43,826 nucleotides of DNA, from assembly GCA_000375685.1 (NCBI GenBank), contig AQVQ01000001.1:1-43826 (forward strand). Direction: 5' to 3'. The position numbers and the translations under genes are program-made. The DNA is from a crenarchaeote SCGC AAA261-N23 (GTDB taxonomy: Archaea; Thermoproteota; Thermoprotei; Gearchaeales; Gearchaeaceae). Of the stretch, positions 8,665 to 17,839 are shown one piece after another (the stretch's first letter is position 1; every line of letters begins with the position of its first letter). The notes beneath the pieces are model-generated. The model was not told where the DNA came from. It worked only from the letters and a program-made list of their open reading frames with translations, and searched no databases.

Positions 8665-9579
8665 TTAATGTCCTCCTCCTTCTATCATCTTAAATGCATG
8701 AAATATTGCTGGAAAAAGAGAATCCATATATTCTTTTGCTGCTCTTGGGCTTCCGGGAATATTTATTATTAAGGTACTTCCTCTAACCCCAGCAACGGCT
8801 CTCGATAACATTGCTAATGGAATCCTTCTTTGACCGTAATTTCTTGCGGCATCTATTATCCCTTCAACTTCCCTTTCTATTACATTTTTTGTTGCTTCAG
8901 GGGTTACATCTCTTGGTCCTAATCCTGTGCCTCCTGTTGTAAGAACTAAATCAACCTTAAGCTCATCTGAAAGCCTTATCAATTCTTTTTCAATTTTCTC
9001 TCTTTCATCTGGAAGAATTTTATAAGAAACGATTTCAACGTTCCATTTCTTTAATTCGCTTTCTATCGTCCTTCCTGATTTATCTTCTCTTGTTCCTGCA
9101 GATACAGAATCACTAATTACTACAATGCCGGCTTTAATAGGTCTATCCAATTCTATTTTAAAGTCGCTTTTTCCTCCTTTTTTGTAAATTAGTTTAATTT
9201 CCCTTATAACTATGTTTTCATCTATAGGCTTGAGCATATCATAAACAGCTAAAGAAGCAATTGCTACTGCTGTTAGAGCCTCCATTTCTACACCTGTCTT
9301 CCAAACAGATTTAACAATTGATTTTAATATTATTTCATTTTCTTCAAGTTCATAATCAACTGATACATAATCAACAGGGATATTATGACATAAAGGAATT
9401 ATCTCTCCTGTCCTTTTTGCTGCCATGATTCCAGCAGTCCTAGCTACGGAAAGCACATCCCCTTTAGGAACTTTACCAGTCTTTATCGCTTCAATACTTT
9501 CCTTTGATACTAAAATCCTTGCCTGAGCGCTAGCCTCCCTTAAGGTATCATACTTCCAACTTACATCAAACATCATCAA
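8665..9579 (-). CDS. Bifunctional MoaC (cyclic pyranopterin monophosphate synthase) / MoaB-MogA-type MoCF-binding protein
   Basis: 304 aa. The N-terminal half carries MoaC motifs (GDVLSVARTAGIMAAKRTGEIIPLCH...GVEMEALTAVAIASLAVYDM). The C-terminal half is MogA/MoaB-like (GIVVISDSVSAGTREDKSG...LVLTTGGTGLGPRDVTPEAT). Confidence 0.88.
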   Translation of the reverse strand: MMMFDVSWKYDTLREASAQARILVSKESIEAIKTGKVPKGDVLSVARTAGIMAAKRTGEIIPLCHNIPVDYVSVDYELEENEIILKSIVKSVWKTGVEMEALTAVAIASLAVYDMLKPIDENIVIREIKLIYKKGGKSDFKIELDRPIKAGIVVISDSVSAGTREDKSGRTIESELKKWNVEIVSYKILPDEREKIEKELIRLSDELKVDLVLTTGGTGLGPRDVTPEATKNVIEREVEGIIDAARNYGQRRIPLAMLSRAVAGVRGSTLIINIPGSPRAAKEYMDSLFPAIFHAFKMIEGGGH

Positions 9580-9640
9580 CTAATTAATAAAAGACTAAAT
9601 AGTTATTTGTTAAGAAGAGTTTAAAGAAAAATTAAAAACA

Positions 9641-10084
9641 TTAAGCTCCTTCAATCCATAGAGCACTCATGTCTTCATACACTTCTTTTTTGAAGAGGGC
9701 TGGTTCTCTTTTATATCTTTCAACAGCTTCCTTCAATCCATCAATTGCTTCCTCTCTATGCTTTGCAGAAACTGCAACAATAACCAAAGGTTCTCCAACC
9801 TCAAACTTACCTATGAAATGCCAAATATAAATTTCATTCAAAGAATATTTTCTCTTTATTTCCTCACATATTTTTAAAATCGCATTATTTGCATGTTCAA
9901 CGTAGCTTTCCATTTCTATGTATTTTACGTTAATTTCCTTTTTACCAGTTTTCCTCGCAATTCCTATGAAAAATAATGTAGCTCCGCTTTCTCCATTACT
10001 GCACAAGCTTAAGAAATTTCTAATAAGATCTAATGCGCCTATTGAATTTTTATCGTATACGCCAGGCTTAGGCAAAGATACCAT
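9641..10084 (-). CDS. moaE: Molybdopterin synthase catalytic subunit MoaE
   Basis: 147 aa with the MoaE pattern (GATLFFIGIAR..., YVEHANNAILKI, VIVAVSAKHREEAIDGLKEAVERYKREPALFKKE). Confidence 0.8.
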   Translation of the reverse strand: MVSLPKPGVYDKNSIGALDLIRNFLSLCSNGESGATLFFIGIARKTGKKEINVKYIEMESYVEHANNAILKICEEIKRKYSLNEIYIWHFIGKFEVGEPLVIVAVSAKHREEAIDGLKEAVERYKREPALFKKEVYEDMSALWIEGA

Positions 10085-10109
10085 GTTTTTTATTTATTTA
10101 ACGAAATAA

Positions 10110-10520
10110 TTATTCTTCTTTCAGTTTTTCGCCCATACTCTTTAAAATCGATAAAATTAGCCTTATGCTTCTGTTTATATCAGGATCTCTTAAAGCCCTC
10201 AATAAACCTACTACACCTATCTTATTTTCTTTTTCAATTTCTTCGTATCCCTTATTTATTCCGTATGCTAAGGCTTTAAGAATCTTTTTGAATTTTTCAA
10301 ATTCTACATTCTTTGAAAATCCTACAACAAGCAGCAAATTCTGGACTATGTTTGTGTTTTCAGGCCTATTAATCCAAGATAGAAATGCATCTAGAATTTC
10401 ATCTGATTTTTCCAAGAAAGAATTTAAAAACTTTATTGCATTCTTATTCTGAAGATTCTTTAAAAGTTTTATTATTTCATTAAGGGATTCATCACTAATT
10501 TCCTCTTCTTTAAGCATCAT
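10110..10520 (-). CDS. DUF1641-domain protein (small helical partner often encoded next to FdhA/YrhE-type enzymes)
   Basis: 136 aa with the C-terminal GVVGLLRALRDPDINRSIRLILSILKSMG, typical of DUF1641. It lies 1 nt downstream of the FdhA-like gene stop. Confidence 0.55.
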   Translation of the reverse strand: MMLKEEEISDESLNEIIKLLKNLQNKNAIKFLNSFLEKSDEILDAFLSWINRPENTNIVQNLLLVVGFSKNVEFEKFKKILKALAYGINKGYEEIEKENKIGVVGLLRALRDPDINRSIRLILSILKSMGEKLKEE

Positions 10521-10521
10521 T

Positions 10522-13446
10522 TTAATTTAACCTCTCTGCAATTGGAGAATATTCAGGTCTCTTCCACTTTTCTTCTACCTTTATCCCAATTTGGGATACT
10601 CCTTTATAGCGTCTTGGATTTATTAAAGGCAATGGTTCTATTCCCTTTCCTTCTTCTATTTTTTCTATCCTTACAGGAAGTTCTTTATATGCAGGTGTTT
10701 TTACAACCGGATCTCTTACATTTGTTGTTAAAGTGTTTATGGTTTCTTCCAAATTGTTGTGTATAGCAAGGAAAAGAGTATTTCCTTGAACTCTATTCGT
10801 TATAACGACTCTTGCCTTTATTGATCCTACAGGAGAAACTACTCTTACTAAATCTCCTTCATTTAACCCTCTTTCTTTTGCTAACTCAGGTGAGACTTCT
10901 AGAAAAACGTTAGGCACTTTTTCTTTAATACCAGCTGTTCTATAACTTACGTTTCCCCAATGGAAATGCTCAAGCATTCTTCCATTATCCAAATATAAGT
11001 CAAATTGCCCATTTGTTTCCAATGGTTCAATATATTTAGGAGGATAAAATCTAGCCTTACCGTCTGGAAAGTTAAATCTATCTTTATACAAATAAGGAGT
11101 GTCTGTTCCATCAGGAGCAACAGGCCAGAGCAGGCTTCTATAGCCTTCCAATCTCTGATAATTAACTCCAGCAAATACAGGACAAAGCCTTGCTACTTCG
11201 TCCATTATTTCTGAGGGATGTTTATAATTCCAATTTGCACCCAAACCATTAGCAATATCTTGGTATATTTGCCATTCAGGTCTGCATTCTCCAGGAGGAT
11301 CAAGAGCTTTATAGAGTCTTTGTATCCTTCTTTCTGTATTAACAAACGTTCCATCTTTCTCTACAGAAGCTGCTGCAGGTAAAACAACATGGGCTAAAGA
11401 AGCTGTTTGGGTCATGAATATCTCTGTAACAACCAATAATTCAAGCTGTTGCAAAGCCTTTGTTGTTCTTTGTCTATTTGAATCAGCTAATACTTTGTCC
11501 TCTCCAAATATAAGTAGTGCCTTTAACTTCCCTTCGAAAATCGCATCAATCATCTCTGTACTTGTTAAGCCAGGCTTTGTAGGAAGCTTTACTTTCCATC
11601 CTTCTTCATACCTCTTTCTCACTTCAGGATCATCAACTTTTTCATAACCTGGCATGTACATTGGTAAAGCACCAAAATCACTTGCTCCTTGAACATTTGC
11701 ATGGCCTCTCAAAGGATAAGCGCCACAAGAAGGCCTTCCATAGTTTCCTGTTAACAATAATAAGTTTGAAATTGCTGTTGAGGTTTCACTACCAGATTGA
11801 TGTTGTGTTATACCCATTGCATAGCATATGCAGGTATTTCTCGCTTCATGTATCATTTCAGCCATCTTTATTATATCTTCCTTTTTAACACCTGTTTTTT
11901 TCTCAGCATAATCTAAGGTAAACTTCTCAAGATATTTTTTGAATTCTTCAAATCCTACTGTTCTTTCTTGAATGAACTTCTTATCCTCCCATCCCTTATC
12001 TATAATATACTTAGAAACAGCATTGAGTAAAATTAAATCGGTGCCAGGATTAACCTTTATAAACAAGTCTGCTCTTTCAGCCATTTCATGTTTCTTAACA
12101 TCAACTACGATTAACTTTTGTCCTCTTAGCTTCTTTGCCCTTTTTATTTTTCCGGCCAATACGGGATGAGATTCAGCAGTATTAGAGCCCATTGTAATAA
12201 CCAAGTCAGCATTGTAAATATCCTGCATTGTTCCTGCATCAGCACCGATTCCTACTGTTCTAAATAAGCCCGTAGTTGCAGGAGCTTGGCAATATCTTGC
12301 ACAATTATCAACGTTGTTAGTTCCTATTACAGCTCTTGCTAATTTTTGCGCAAGATATGCTTCTTCATTCGTTCCTGTACAGTTTGCGATTATTCCAATT
12401 GCATCAGGCCCATATTTTTCCTTTATCTCTTTAAGCTTATTTATTATAAGATTTAATGCTTCTTGCCATGTAGCTTCTCTGAATTTTCCATTTTCCTTTA
12501 TTAAAGGCTTTTTCAATCTATCAGGATCGTTTACAAAATCCCAACCAAACTTACCCTTTATGCATGTGGCCAATCCATTTGCTGGAGAATTTGGTGAAGG
12601 TTGAACTTTAATTATTTTGTTGTCTTTTGTCCAAACTTCAAAGCTACAACCAACTCCACAGAACATGCAAACAGTTTTTGTTCTTTTTACAAGAGTTCTA
12701 AGCTTTGCATCTATTTCACTAATTTCTAGAATGGGTTGGAAAGTATCAATACTCTTTTCTATTTGCTTTGTTATCTGTATCAAGCCTTGCTTAATTTTGG
12801 GATTAAGACCTGTAAAGTATCCCATTTCTCCAAGGACTTTCTTTTCCATCAATGCGTTAACAGGACAAACAGTTACGCATGTTCCACAGGAGACACATGA
12901 GGATTGATTGATTGGTGCCCCTCTATCCCAAACTACTCTCGGTGGATTTAGATTCCAATCTATATGAATTACCTCGTTAACAACTAAGTCTTGGCAAGCT
13001 TCAACACATCTTCCACAAAGTATACATTGATTTGGATCATATATATAAAAAGGATTTGAATCATCTATCGGATAGTTTTTACTTTTATAATCTTGATGCT
13101 CTATTCCTAGATGCAAAACCCAATATCTTAAATAACAATATGAACTTTTGTCACATAAAGTACAATATAAATAATGATCTCTTAATATTCTGTCAAATGC
13201 CTTTTTCCTTGCTTCATAAACTCTCTTTGATGAGATTGATATTTTCATTCCCTCTCCTATTTTTGTTGAACACGCTCTTACTAGATGACCATTTGCCTCT
13301 ACAATACATGTTTCACATGATTCAAGAACATCAAGACCTGGTTGATAACAAATAAAAGGAATATGTATATTATTTCTCAGTAAAAACGTTAAGATTGTTT
13401 CGTTAGGAATAGCTTCTAAAATCTTATCCTCTACAACAACCTTCAC
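10522..13446 (-). CDS. Formate dehydrogenase alpha-like molybdopterin oxidoreductase with fused N-terminal 2Fe-2S and 4Fe-4S domains (FdhA/YrhE/NuoG-like architecture)
   Basis: 974 aa. It has a 2Fe-2S motif (CYQPGLDVLESCETCIVE...AC), HxxxCxxCxxxxxC, two 4Fe-4S motifs (CILCGRCVEAC, CVSCGTCVTVCP), the MopB cluster CMFCGVGC, active-site region NCARYCQAP (Cys, not Sec) and a C-terminal molydopterin dinucleotide-binding domain. Confidence 0.85.
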   Translation of the reverse strand: MKVVVEDKILEAIPNETILTFLLRNNIHIPFICYQPGLDVLESCETCIVEANGHLVRACSTKIGEGMKISISSKRVYEARKKAFDRILRDHYLYCTLCDKSSYCYLRYWVLHLGIEHQDYKSKNYPIDDSNPFYIYDPNQCILCGRCVEACQDLVVNEVIHIDWNLNPPRVVWDRGAPINQSSCVSCGTCVTVCPVNALMEKKVLGEMGYFTGLNPKIKQGLIQITKQIEKSIDTFQPILEISEIDAKLRTLVKRTKTVCMFCGVGCSFEVWTKDNKIIKVQPSPNSPANGLATCIKGKFGWDFVNDPDRLKKPLIKENGKFREATWQEALNLIINKLKEIKEKYGPDAIGIIANCTGTNEEAYLAQKLARAVIGTNNVDNCARYCQAPATTGLFRTVGIGADAGTMQDIYNADLVITMGSNTAESHPVLAGKIKRAKKLRGQKLIVVDVKKHEMAERADLFIKVNPGTDLILLNAVSKYIIDKGWEDKKFIQERTVGFEEFKKYLEKFTLDYAEKKTGVKKEDIIKMAEMIHEARNTCICYAMGITQHQSGSETSTAISNLLLLTGNYGRPSCGAYPLRGHANVQGASDFGALPMYMPGYEKVDDPEVRKRYEEGWKVKLPTKPGLTSTEMIDAIFEGKLKALLIFGEDKVLADSNRQRTTKALQQLELLVVTEIFMTQTASLAHVVLPAAASVEKDGTFVNTERRIQRLYKALDPPGECRPEWQIYQDIANGLGANWNYKHPSEIMDEVARLCPVFAGVNYQRLEGYRSLLWPVAPDGTDTPYLYKDRFNFPDGKARFYPPKYIEPLETNGQFDLYLDNGRMLEHFHWGNVSYRTAGIKEKVPNVFLEVSPELAKERGLNEGDLVRVVSPVGSIKARVVITNRVQGNTLFLAIHNNLEETINTLTTNVRDPVVKTPAYKELPVRIEKIEEGKGIEPLPLINPRRYKGVSQIGIKVEEKWKRPEYSPIAERLN

Positions 13447-13541
13447 ATGGGAAAAATTCCTATTAAATATTTAAATCTATTTTTTAACGCTTTTAAATAC
13501 GATTTTTTGCAATTTTCGATTTAGAAATATTCTTATTTTTA

Positions 13542-13887
13542 TTGACCTACTCACTGCCCTAGAAAGTTGAGTGTTTTCTTCTAGAGAAGTTCACAGGTTT
13601 CCAGTATTGATTCGTAGCTACATATCTCATTTGCTGGCAGTTGGAAGAATCAGAGCTTTTCTCATACCATTTGGTCTTAAAAAGGAACCTTCATTAAAAG
13701 GGCAGCTATCCCTCAATCTGGATTCCATTAAGAATCCTTCATATAATAGTTGCCATGCTGATTGCTCCTCCTAAGCTTGATCAAGCTTAGGAGGAGAGTT
13801 GCTGAATTTCCTAAGAGAAATTTAAATTTTAATTATTTAATTCTATTCATCCCCGCCATAAAAGGTCGAGGCTTTGAATTGATGTAA
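13542..13887 (-). mobile_element. R2: copy of the ~350-bp element, about 96 bp upstream of the FdhA-like start codon
   Basis: On the + strand it reads TTGACCTACTCAC...CCAGTATTGATTCGTAGCTACATATCTCATTTGCTGG...GAGGCTTTGAATTGATGTAA. It is collinear with R3/R7, but the central hairpin loop is replaced by a perfect palindrome. Confidence 0.85.
13765..13796. repeat. Perfect 32-nt palindrome inside R2
   Basis: CTCCTCCTAAGCTTGA/TCAAGCTTAGGAGGAG; the two halves are exact reverse complements. It replaces the stem plus 22-nt loop seen at this position in the other copies. Confidence 0.95.
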
Positions 13888-13919
13888 AACCTCAACACAA
13901 TCCTATTTAAGAACAAATT

Positions 13920-14585
13920 TTAAATCGATTTCAATACTACTGTTGGTTTTTCTTCCAACTTTATTTCCGCAAAAAACCCATCCTTCAATGGACCTGGATT
14001 AACTATTATTGTTTCATTTATTTGGTCTACTGACCTTGCTTCATGAACATGTCCGGAAATTACTAATATTGGTTTTACTTCTTCAATGTATTTTCTTAGG
14101 ATTTTACTTCCAACATGAATACCGCTTTTTGTAAGATCCAATTTTGTATTATAAGGAGGATTGTGGGAAACTATTAACAATCCCTTGTAACTTTCTTTTG
14201 ATATTCTTTTATAGACTTCTTTAATAATTCTTTCCACATCTTCCTCAGTGATTTCAAAAGGGGTATTAAAAGGAGTTTTTAATGAACCACCTATACCGAT
14301 TATTGCATAACCTAAGAATAAAACATAATTGCTATGCAAGTTACGTCTTAATTGATTTTCATTAAATTTGTTAACGTAATCACAATTTCCTGGAACATAA
14401 TAGTATGGCTTTTTAGTTTCTTCCAACAAACTTATGACTGAAGAGATTTCCTTCTCGTCTCCAAAGTTTGTTAAGTCCCCTGCTATTAAAATCAGATCGC
14501 ATGTTGAAAATGATTCGGATTTAAGTATGTTGTTTAAGTTTTTAACATTGCCATGTATATCCGTTAATGCGATTATGTTAACCAT
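13920..14585 (-). CDS. Metallophosphoesterase (calcineurin-like phosphoesterase family)
   Basis: 221 aa with the ordered motifs DIHGN, GDLTNFGD, GNCD, SHNPP and GHVH. Confidence 0.85.
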   Translation of the reverse strand: MVNIIALTDIHGNVKNLNNILKSESFSTCDLILIAGDLTNFGDEKEISSVISLLEETKKPYYYVPGNCDYVNKFNENQLRRNLHSNYVLFLGYAIIGIGGSLKTPFNTPFEITEEDVERIIKEVYKRISKESYKGLLIVSHNPPYNTKLDLTKSGIHVGSKILRKYIEEVKPILVISGHVHEARSVDQINETIIVNPGPLKDGFFAEIKLEEKPTVVLKSI

Positions 14586-14735
14586 CTAACGAATAATTTT
14601 TATTTTTCAAATAATAAATTTTATTTGTTGATTTAATGATAGAGGTCCAAAGCTCTGAAAAGATGATGAGACACTTAAATGATAAATTAATAAGTTCAAT
14701 GTTGCATAATATATTGAGGTATTTTTAATTCATAA

Positions 14736-15275
14736 ATGGAAAAGAAGATTGAAGATTCGGTGAACAAGAAAAGTAAATTCTTTCCACTAGGAATTAAGAT
14801 AGAAAGCATATTAGGATTGATCAAAGCTTTGAACGATGTTTTTAATAAACATGCTGACGTGTTTGCTCTGGCAAATCATTTTGACCTTGAAGCAGATGAC
14901 CTTCTACCTTTATTAGATGTAATAGAATTACTTGGATTTGCGGTAATTCATGGAGGTGATGTAATTTTGACTCCAGAAGGGGAAAAATTCTTAAAATCAT
15001 CAATGGCTTTAAAAAAGCAAATTTTGAGAGAAAAGTTAAGGGAATTTGAACCTTTTAAATCGACAATTTCAATATTAAAAAATTCTAAAGAAGTAAAGCC
15101 TGAAGATATTGCAAAGGAATTAGAAAAGCTTGGTTACAGTGAGGTTAATGAATATGGTTTTATAGAAAAGCTAACTCAAACAATTCTTGAATGGGGAGTT
15201 TACGCAGGACTTCTAATATATTCAAGTGAAAACCAAGCTTTTAAATTGAATAAAAAGAATATTAAGCTCAGCTAA
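14736..15275 (+). CDS. Stand-alone AAA-associated (AAA_assoc_C-like) domain protein related to the C-terminal extension of NitT/TauT-type ABC ATPases
   Basis: 179 aa. The pattern LPLLDVIELLGFAVIHGGDVILTPEGEKFL recalls the helix-rich domain usually fused to nitrate/sulfonate-type ABC ATPases. It is convergent with, and overlaps by 8 nt, the ABC ATPase gene. Confidence 0.4.
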   Translation: MEKKIEDSVNKKSKFFPLGIKIESILGLIKALNDVFNKHADVFALANHFDLEADDLLPLLDVIELLGFAVIHGGDVILTPEGEKFLKSSMALKKQILREKLREFEPFKSTISILKNSKEVKPEDIAKELEKLGYSEVNEYGFIEKLTQTILEWGVYAGLLIYSSENQAFKLNKKNIKLS

Positions 15276-16041
15276 GGTATTCATAAATTGTATCGACATA
15301 GCTTGTAAACTTAGGTAGTCTCATACTTCTTGGTCTAGGCATGTCTATTATTATTTCCTTGACTATAGTAGCAGGCCTCTTTGACAAAATTATAACTCTA
15401 TCTGCTAACTCAACTATCTCTTCTATATTATGGCTAACAAGGATTACAGACTTCAAAGAAACATTTGGATTGAATAGCATGCTTAAAATTTCAGATCTAA
15501 GGTTGCTCGCTGTTAATTGATCAAGATTAGAAAATGGTTCATCCATCAACAAAATTTCAGGATCCGTCATTAAAGCTCTTGCAATTGCAACTCTTTGCCT
15601 CATTCCTCCGCTCAATTCTCTAGGATATGAATTTTCGAAACCAGCCAAACCTACCAATTCGAGTAATTTTAAAGCTTTTTCCCTCCTTTTTTCTTTATCT
15701 TTAATCAAATTTAAAGCTGGAAGTTCAACATTCTCTAAAGCTGTTAGCCAAGGTAAAAGAGCAAACTGCTGGAAGACCATGGTAATCTTAAGTGTTGGTC
15801 CTGTTAAAGGCTTATCTTTTAATATTATCTGACCTTCAGTAGGCTTTATCAAACCAGCTATCAATCTTAACAAAGTACTTTTTCCACAACCACTCGGACC
15901 TGTTATCGCTAAAAATTCTCCCTCATATACATCAAAACTCAATCCTGAAATTATTTCAAATTTAGATGATTTGCTTGGTATAGAAAAATGTAAATTTTTA
16001 ATAGTCAAAATAGGTTTTCTTAATTTTACTTCATTGCTCAT
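15268..16041 (-). CDS. ABC transporter ATP-binding protein (NitT/TauT family-like)
   Basis: 257 aa with Walker A GPSGCGKST, signature LSGGMRQR and Walker B ILLMDEPFS. Confidence 0.88.
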   Translation of the reverse strand: MSNEVKLRKPILTIKNLHFSIPSKSSKFEIISGLSFDVYEGEFLAITGPSGCGKSTLLRLIAGLIKPTEGQIILKDKPLTGPTLKITMVFQQFALLPWLTALENVELPALNLIKDKEKRREKALKLLELVGLAGFENSYPRELSGGMRQRVAIARALMTDPEILLMDEPFSNLDQLTASNLRSEILSMLFNPNVSLKSVILVSHNIEEIVELADRVIILSKRPATIVKEIIIDMPRPRSMRLPKFTSYVDTIYEYLS

Positions 16042-17645
16042 ATTTCATACCTGAATTTGCTTGTTGTGTAATCGTATAGCTTTTTCCATATGGTTCTATC
16101 GAGCAAAACAACTACAAGTACCATTATTATTAATGCGGCATAAAGCAAATTCAAGTTTCCTACGCTTGCAGCTTCATCTATAACTGCGCCTAGACCATTA
16201 ACAGAGTATACATTGTCACCTACTTGTATCCATTCAGCAACCATTAAAGCATTCCATGCACCCCCCACAGCTGTTATTGAACCAGTTATAAGTGCTGGAA
16301 GCAATGCGGGAAAATAAAATTTAGAGAACCTTTGTAAAGGAGAAAGATTTGAGAGAGACATGACTTCCTTGATATCAGCCGGCATAGATTCTATAGCTGA
16401 AAATACATTATAAAAAATATACCATATTGAACCTGAAATTATTACCAATATAGAGATTGCATCTATTTGAGGCCCAAAAACAAAAATCAACAAAGGTATG
16501 AAAAGAGGAGCAGGTATTGAAGCAACTATTAATATTATAGGAAGCAAAACTCTCTTAGCTAACTTATTCAATGCAACGAAAATTCCTAAAAAAAGGACAA
16601 GCATCATCAACGCCACCGATATAAGTATTCTTAAAGCTGAATATCCTGTAGCTAAAAGTAAGTTTATTAAAACTGGAGTCTGTAAAAGCAAGTTCAAAGC
16701 TTGACTGATAGGATAATAAATTAAATAAACAAAATACGCTACTATTGTTAATAGTAAAAAATAAAGAACAAACTTCAATAATTTTTTTATCGGAATTAAA
16801 ACCTTTTGTTTGGCATAATTCTCATTTATTTCCTCAGTTGTTAAGGTATAGGTAGGTTCTAAGTTTTGCTTTTTGACGAAAGGTGATATTGGAATTCTAG
16901 GAACTATTATTCTTCTAGCAAAAGAACGTATAGGTCTTGTTGTTCTAACGAATGTACTTATAAACCAAGGTGTTCTGTAGGTCTCTTCTGCTTTAAGTTC
17001 ATATTTAAACTTTTTTGCCCATTCATTTAAAGGTCTGAAAAATAAAACATGCGTAGCTATTATAGCTAGAATAAGAAAAACAAATGATAAGAGAAGATCG
17101 TTAATATCATTCATGCTGAATAAGTTAAAAATCAATGAACCTATTCCTAAAAGCTGGTATGTCGTTGTGCCTAAGCTAATTATCTCGGAAGATGATAAAA
17201 AGAAAAGTCCTATTGCCCAAGATATAGGAAAGTTTCCTATTACTTGAGACCATGAACTAGGAATGTAAATCTTGGATATTTTTTGAAAAATGTTTAAATT
17301 AGAAAGTTCTGCTTGCTCCATAATATAGGCTGGTATCGACCTAACAGATTCGTATACTGCAAAAATTAAATTCCATAATTCGCTTGTTATTATGAGAAAA
17401 ATAGCAGCCAATTCAGGACCGAGAGAAGGAACAAAATAAATAAAGAAATAGACCGCAACAGGAAAGAAGCCTAATATAGGAATTGATTGTAATATATCTA
17501 CAATTGGAATAATTATTTTTTCAGCTGTTTTGTTAATACCTGCTAAAATACCAACAAAGAATGAAATGACAACTGAAATAGCTAGACCTATGGCTAATCT
17601 TAACCATGATAAAGCAAGAGCGTATAATATCTCTAATATTGACAC
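16038..17645 (-). CDS. ABC transporter permease with two tandem transmembrane (BPD-type) domains
   Basis: 535 aa, hydrophobic throughout, with an internal duplication of the permease fold. A 4-nt overlap links it to the downstream ATPase gene. Confidence 0.75.
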   Translation of the reverse strand: MSILEILYALALSWLRLAIGLAISVVISFFVGILAGINKTAEKIIIPIVDILQSIPILGFFPVAVYFFIYFVPSLGPELAAIFLIITSELWNLIFAVYESVRSIPAYIMEQAELSNLNIFQKISKIYIPSSWSQVIGNFPISWAIGLFFLSSSEIISLGTTTYQLLGIGSLIFNLFSMNDINDLLLSFVFLILAIIATHVLFFRPLNEWAKKFKYELKAEETYRTPWFISTFVRTTRPIRSFARRIIVPRIPISPFVKKQNLEPTYTLTTEEINENYAKQKVLIPIKKLLKFVLYFLLLTIVAYFVYLIYYPISQALNLLLQTPVLINLLLATGYSALRILISVALMMLVLFLGIFVALNKLAKRVLLPIILIVASIPAPLFIPLLIFVFGPQIDAISILVIISGSIWYIFYNVFSAIESMPADIKEVMSLSNLSPLQRFSKFYFPALLPALITGSITAVGGAWNALMVAEWIQVGDNVYSVNGLGAVIDEAASVGNLNLLYAALIIMVLVVVLLDRTIWKKLYDYTTSKFRYEI

Positions 17646-17839
17646 TGATTAGATATATATTAATGAAGTATAATATAACTCCTTTTCTAATGAAAATTTC
17701 TAAGTTTATCGTTCGCGGAAACTTAGATATTCCTTAAACTTAATAGAAATGAATTATTATAATCTTTGCTTTTTCAAATCGCATCCTGTTTTCTAATTAA
17801 TGTTCCTGATTTTTCAAATTTTTTATCTTTACAGACACA

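Noticed and set aside
10542-13355. Numerous 60-107-aa ORFs antisense to or overlapping the FdhA-like gene (and similar ones inside rad50, the OFOR alpha gene and the transporters)
   Set aside because: They have low-complexity, Leu/Phe/Ser-rich translations typical of the antisense frames of AT-rich genes. They are fully contained within strongly supported long CDSs.
13571-13774. ORFs of 60-88 aa lying inside the repeat copies (13571..13774 +, 21745..22002 -, 24244..24429 +, 31867..32133 -) as possible small proteins
   Set aside because: They fall on different strands and frames in different copies. The frame that stays open in R2/R3/R4 is interrupted by stops in R1, R5 and R7 and has no conserved start codon. 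The similarity between their translations simply reflects nucleotide conservation. Only the R6 ORF is informative, and only as a TnpB relic.
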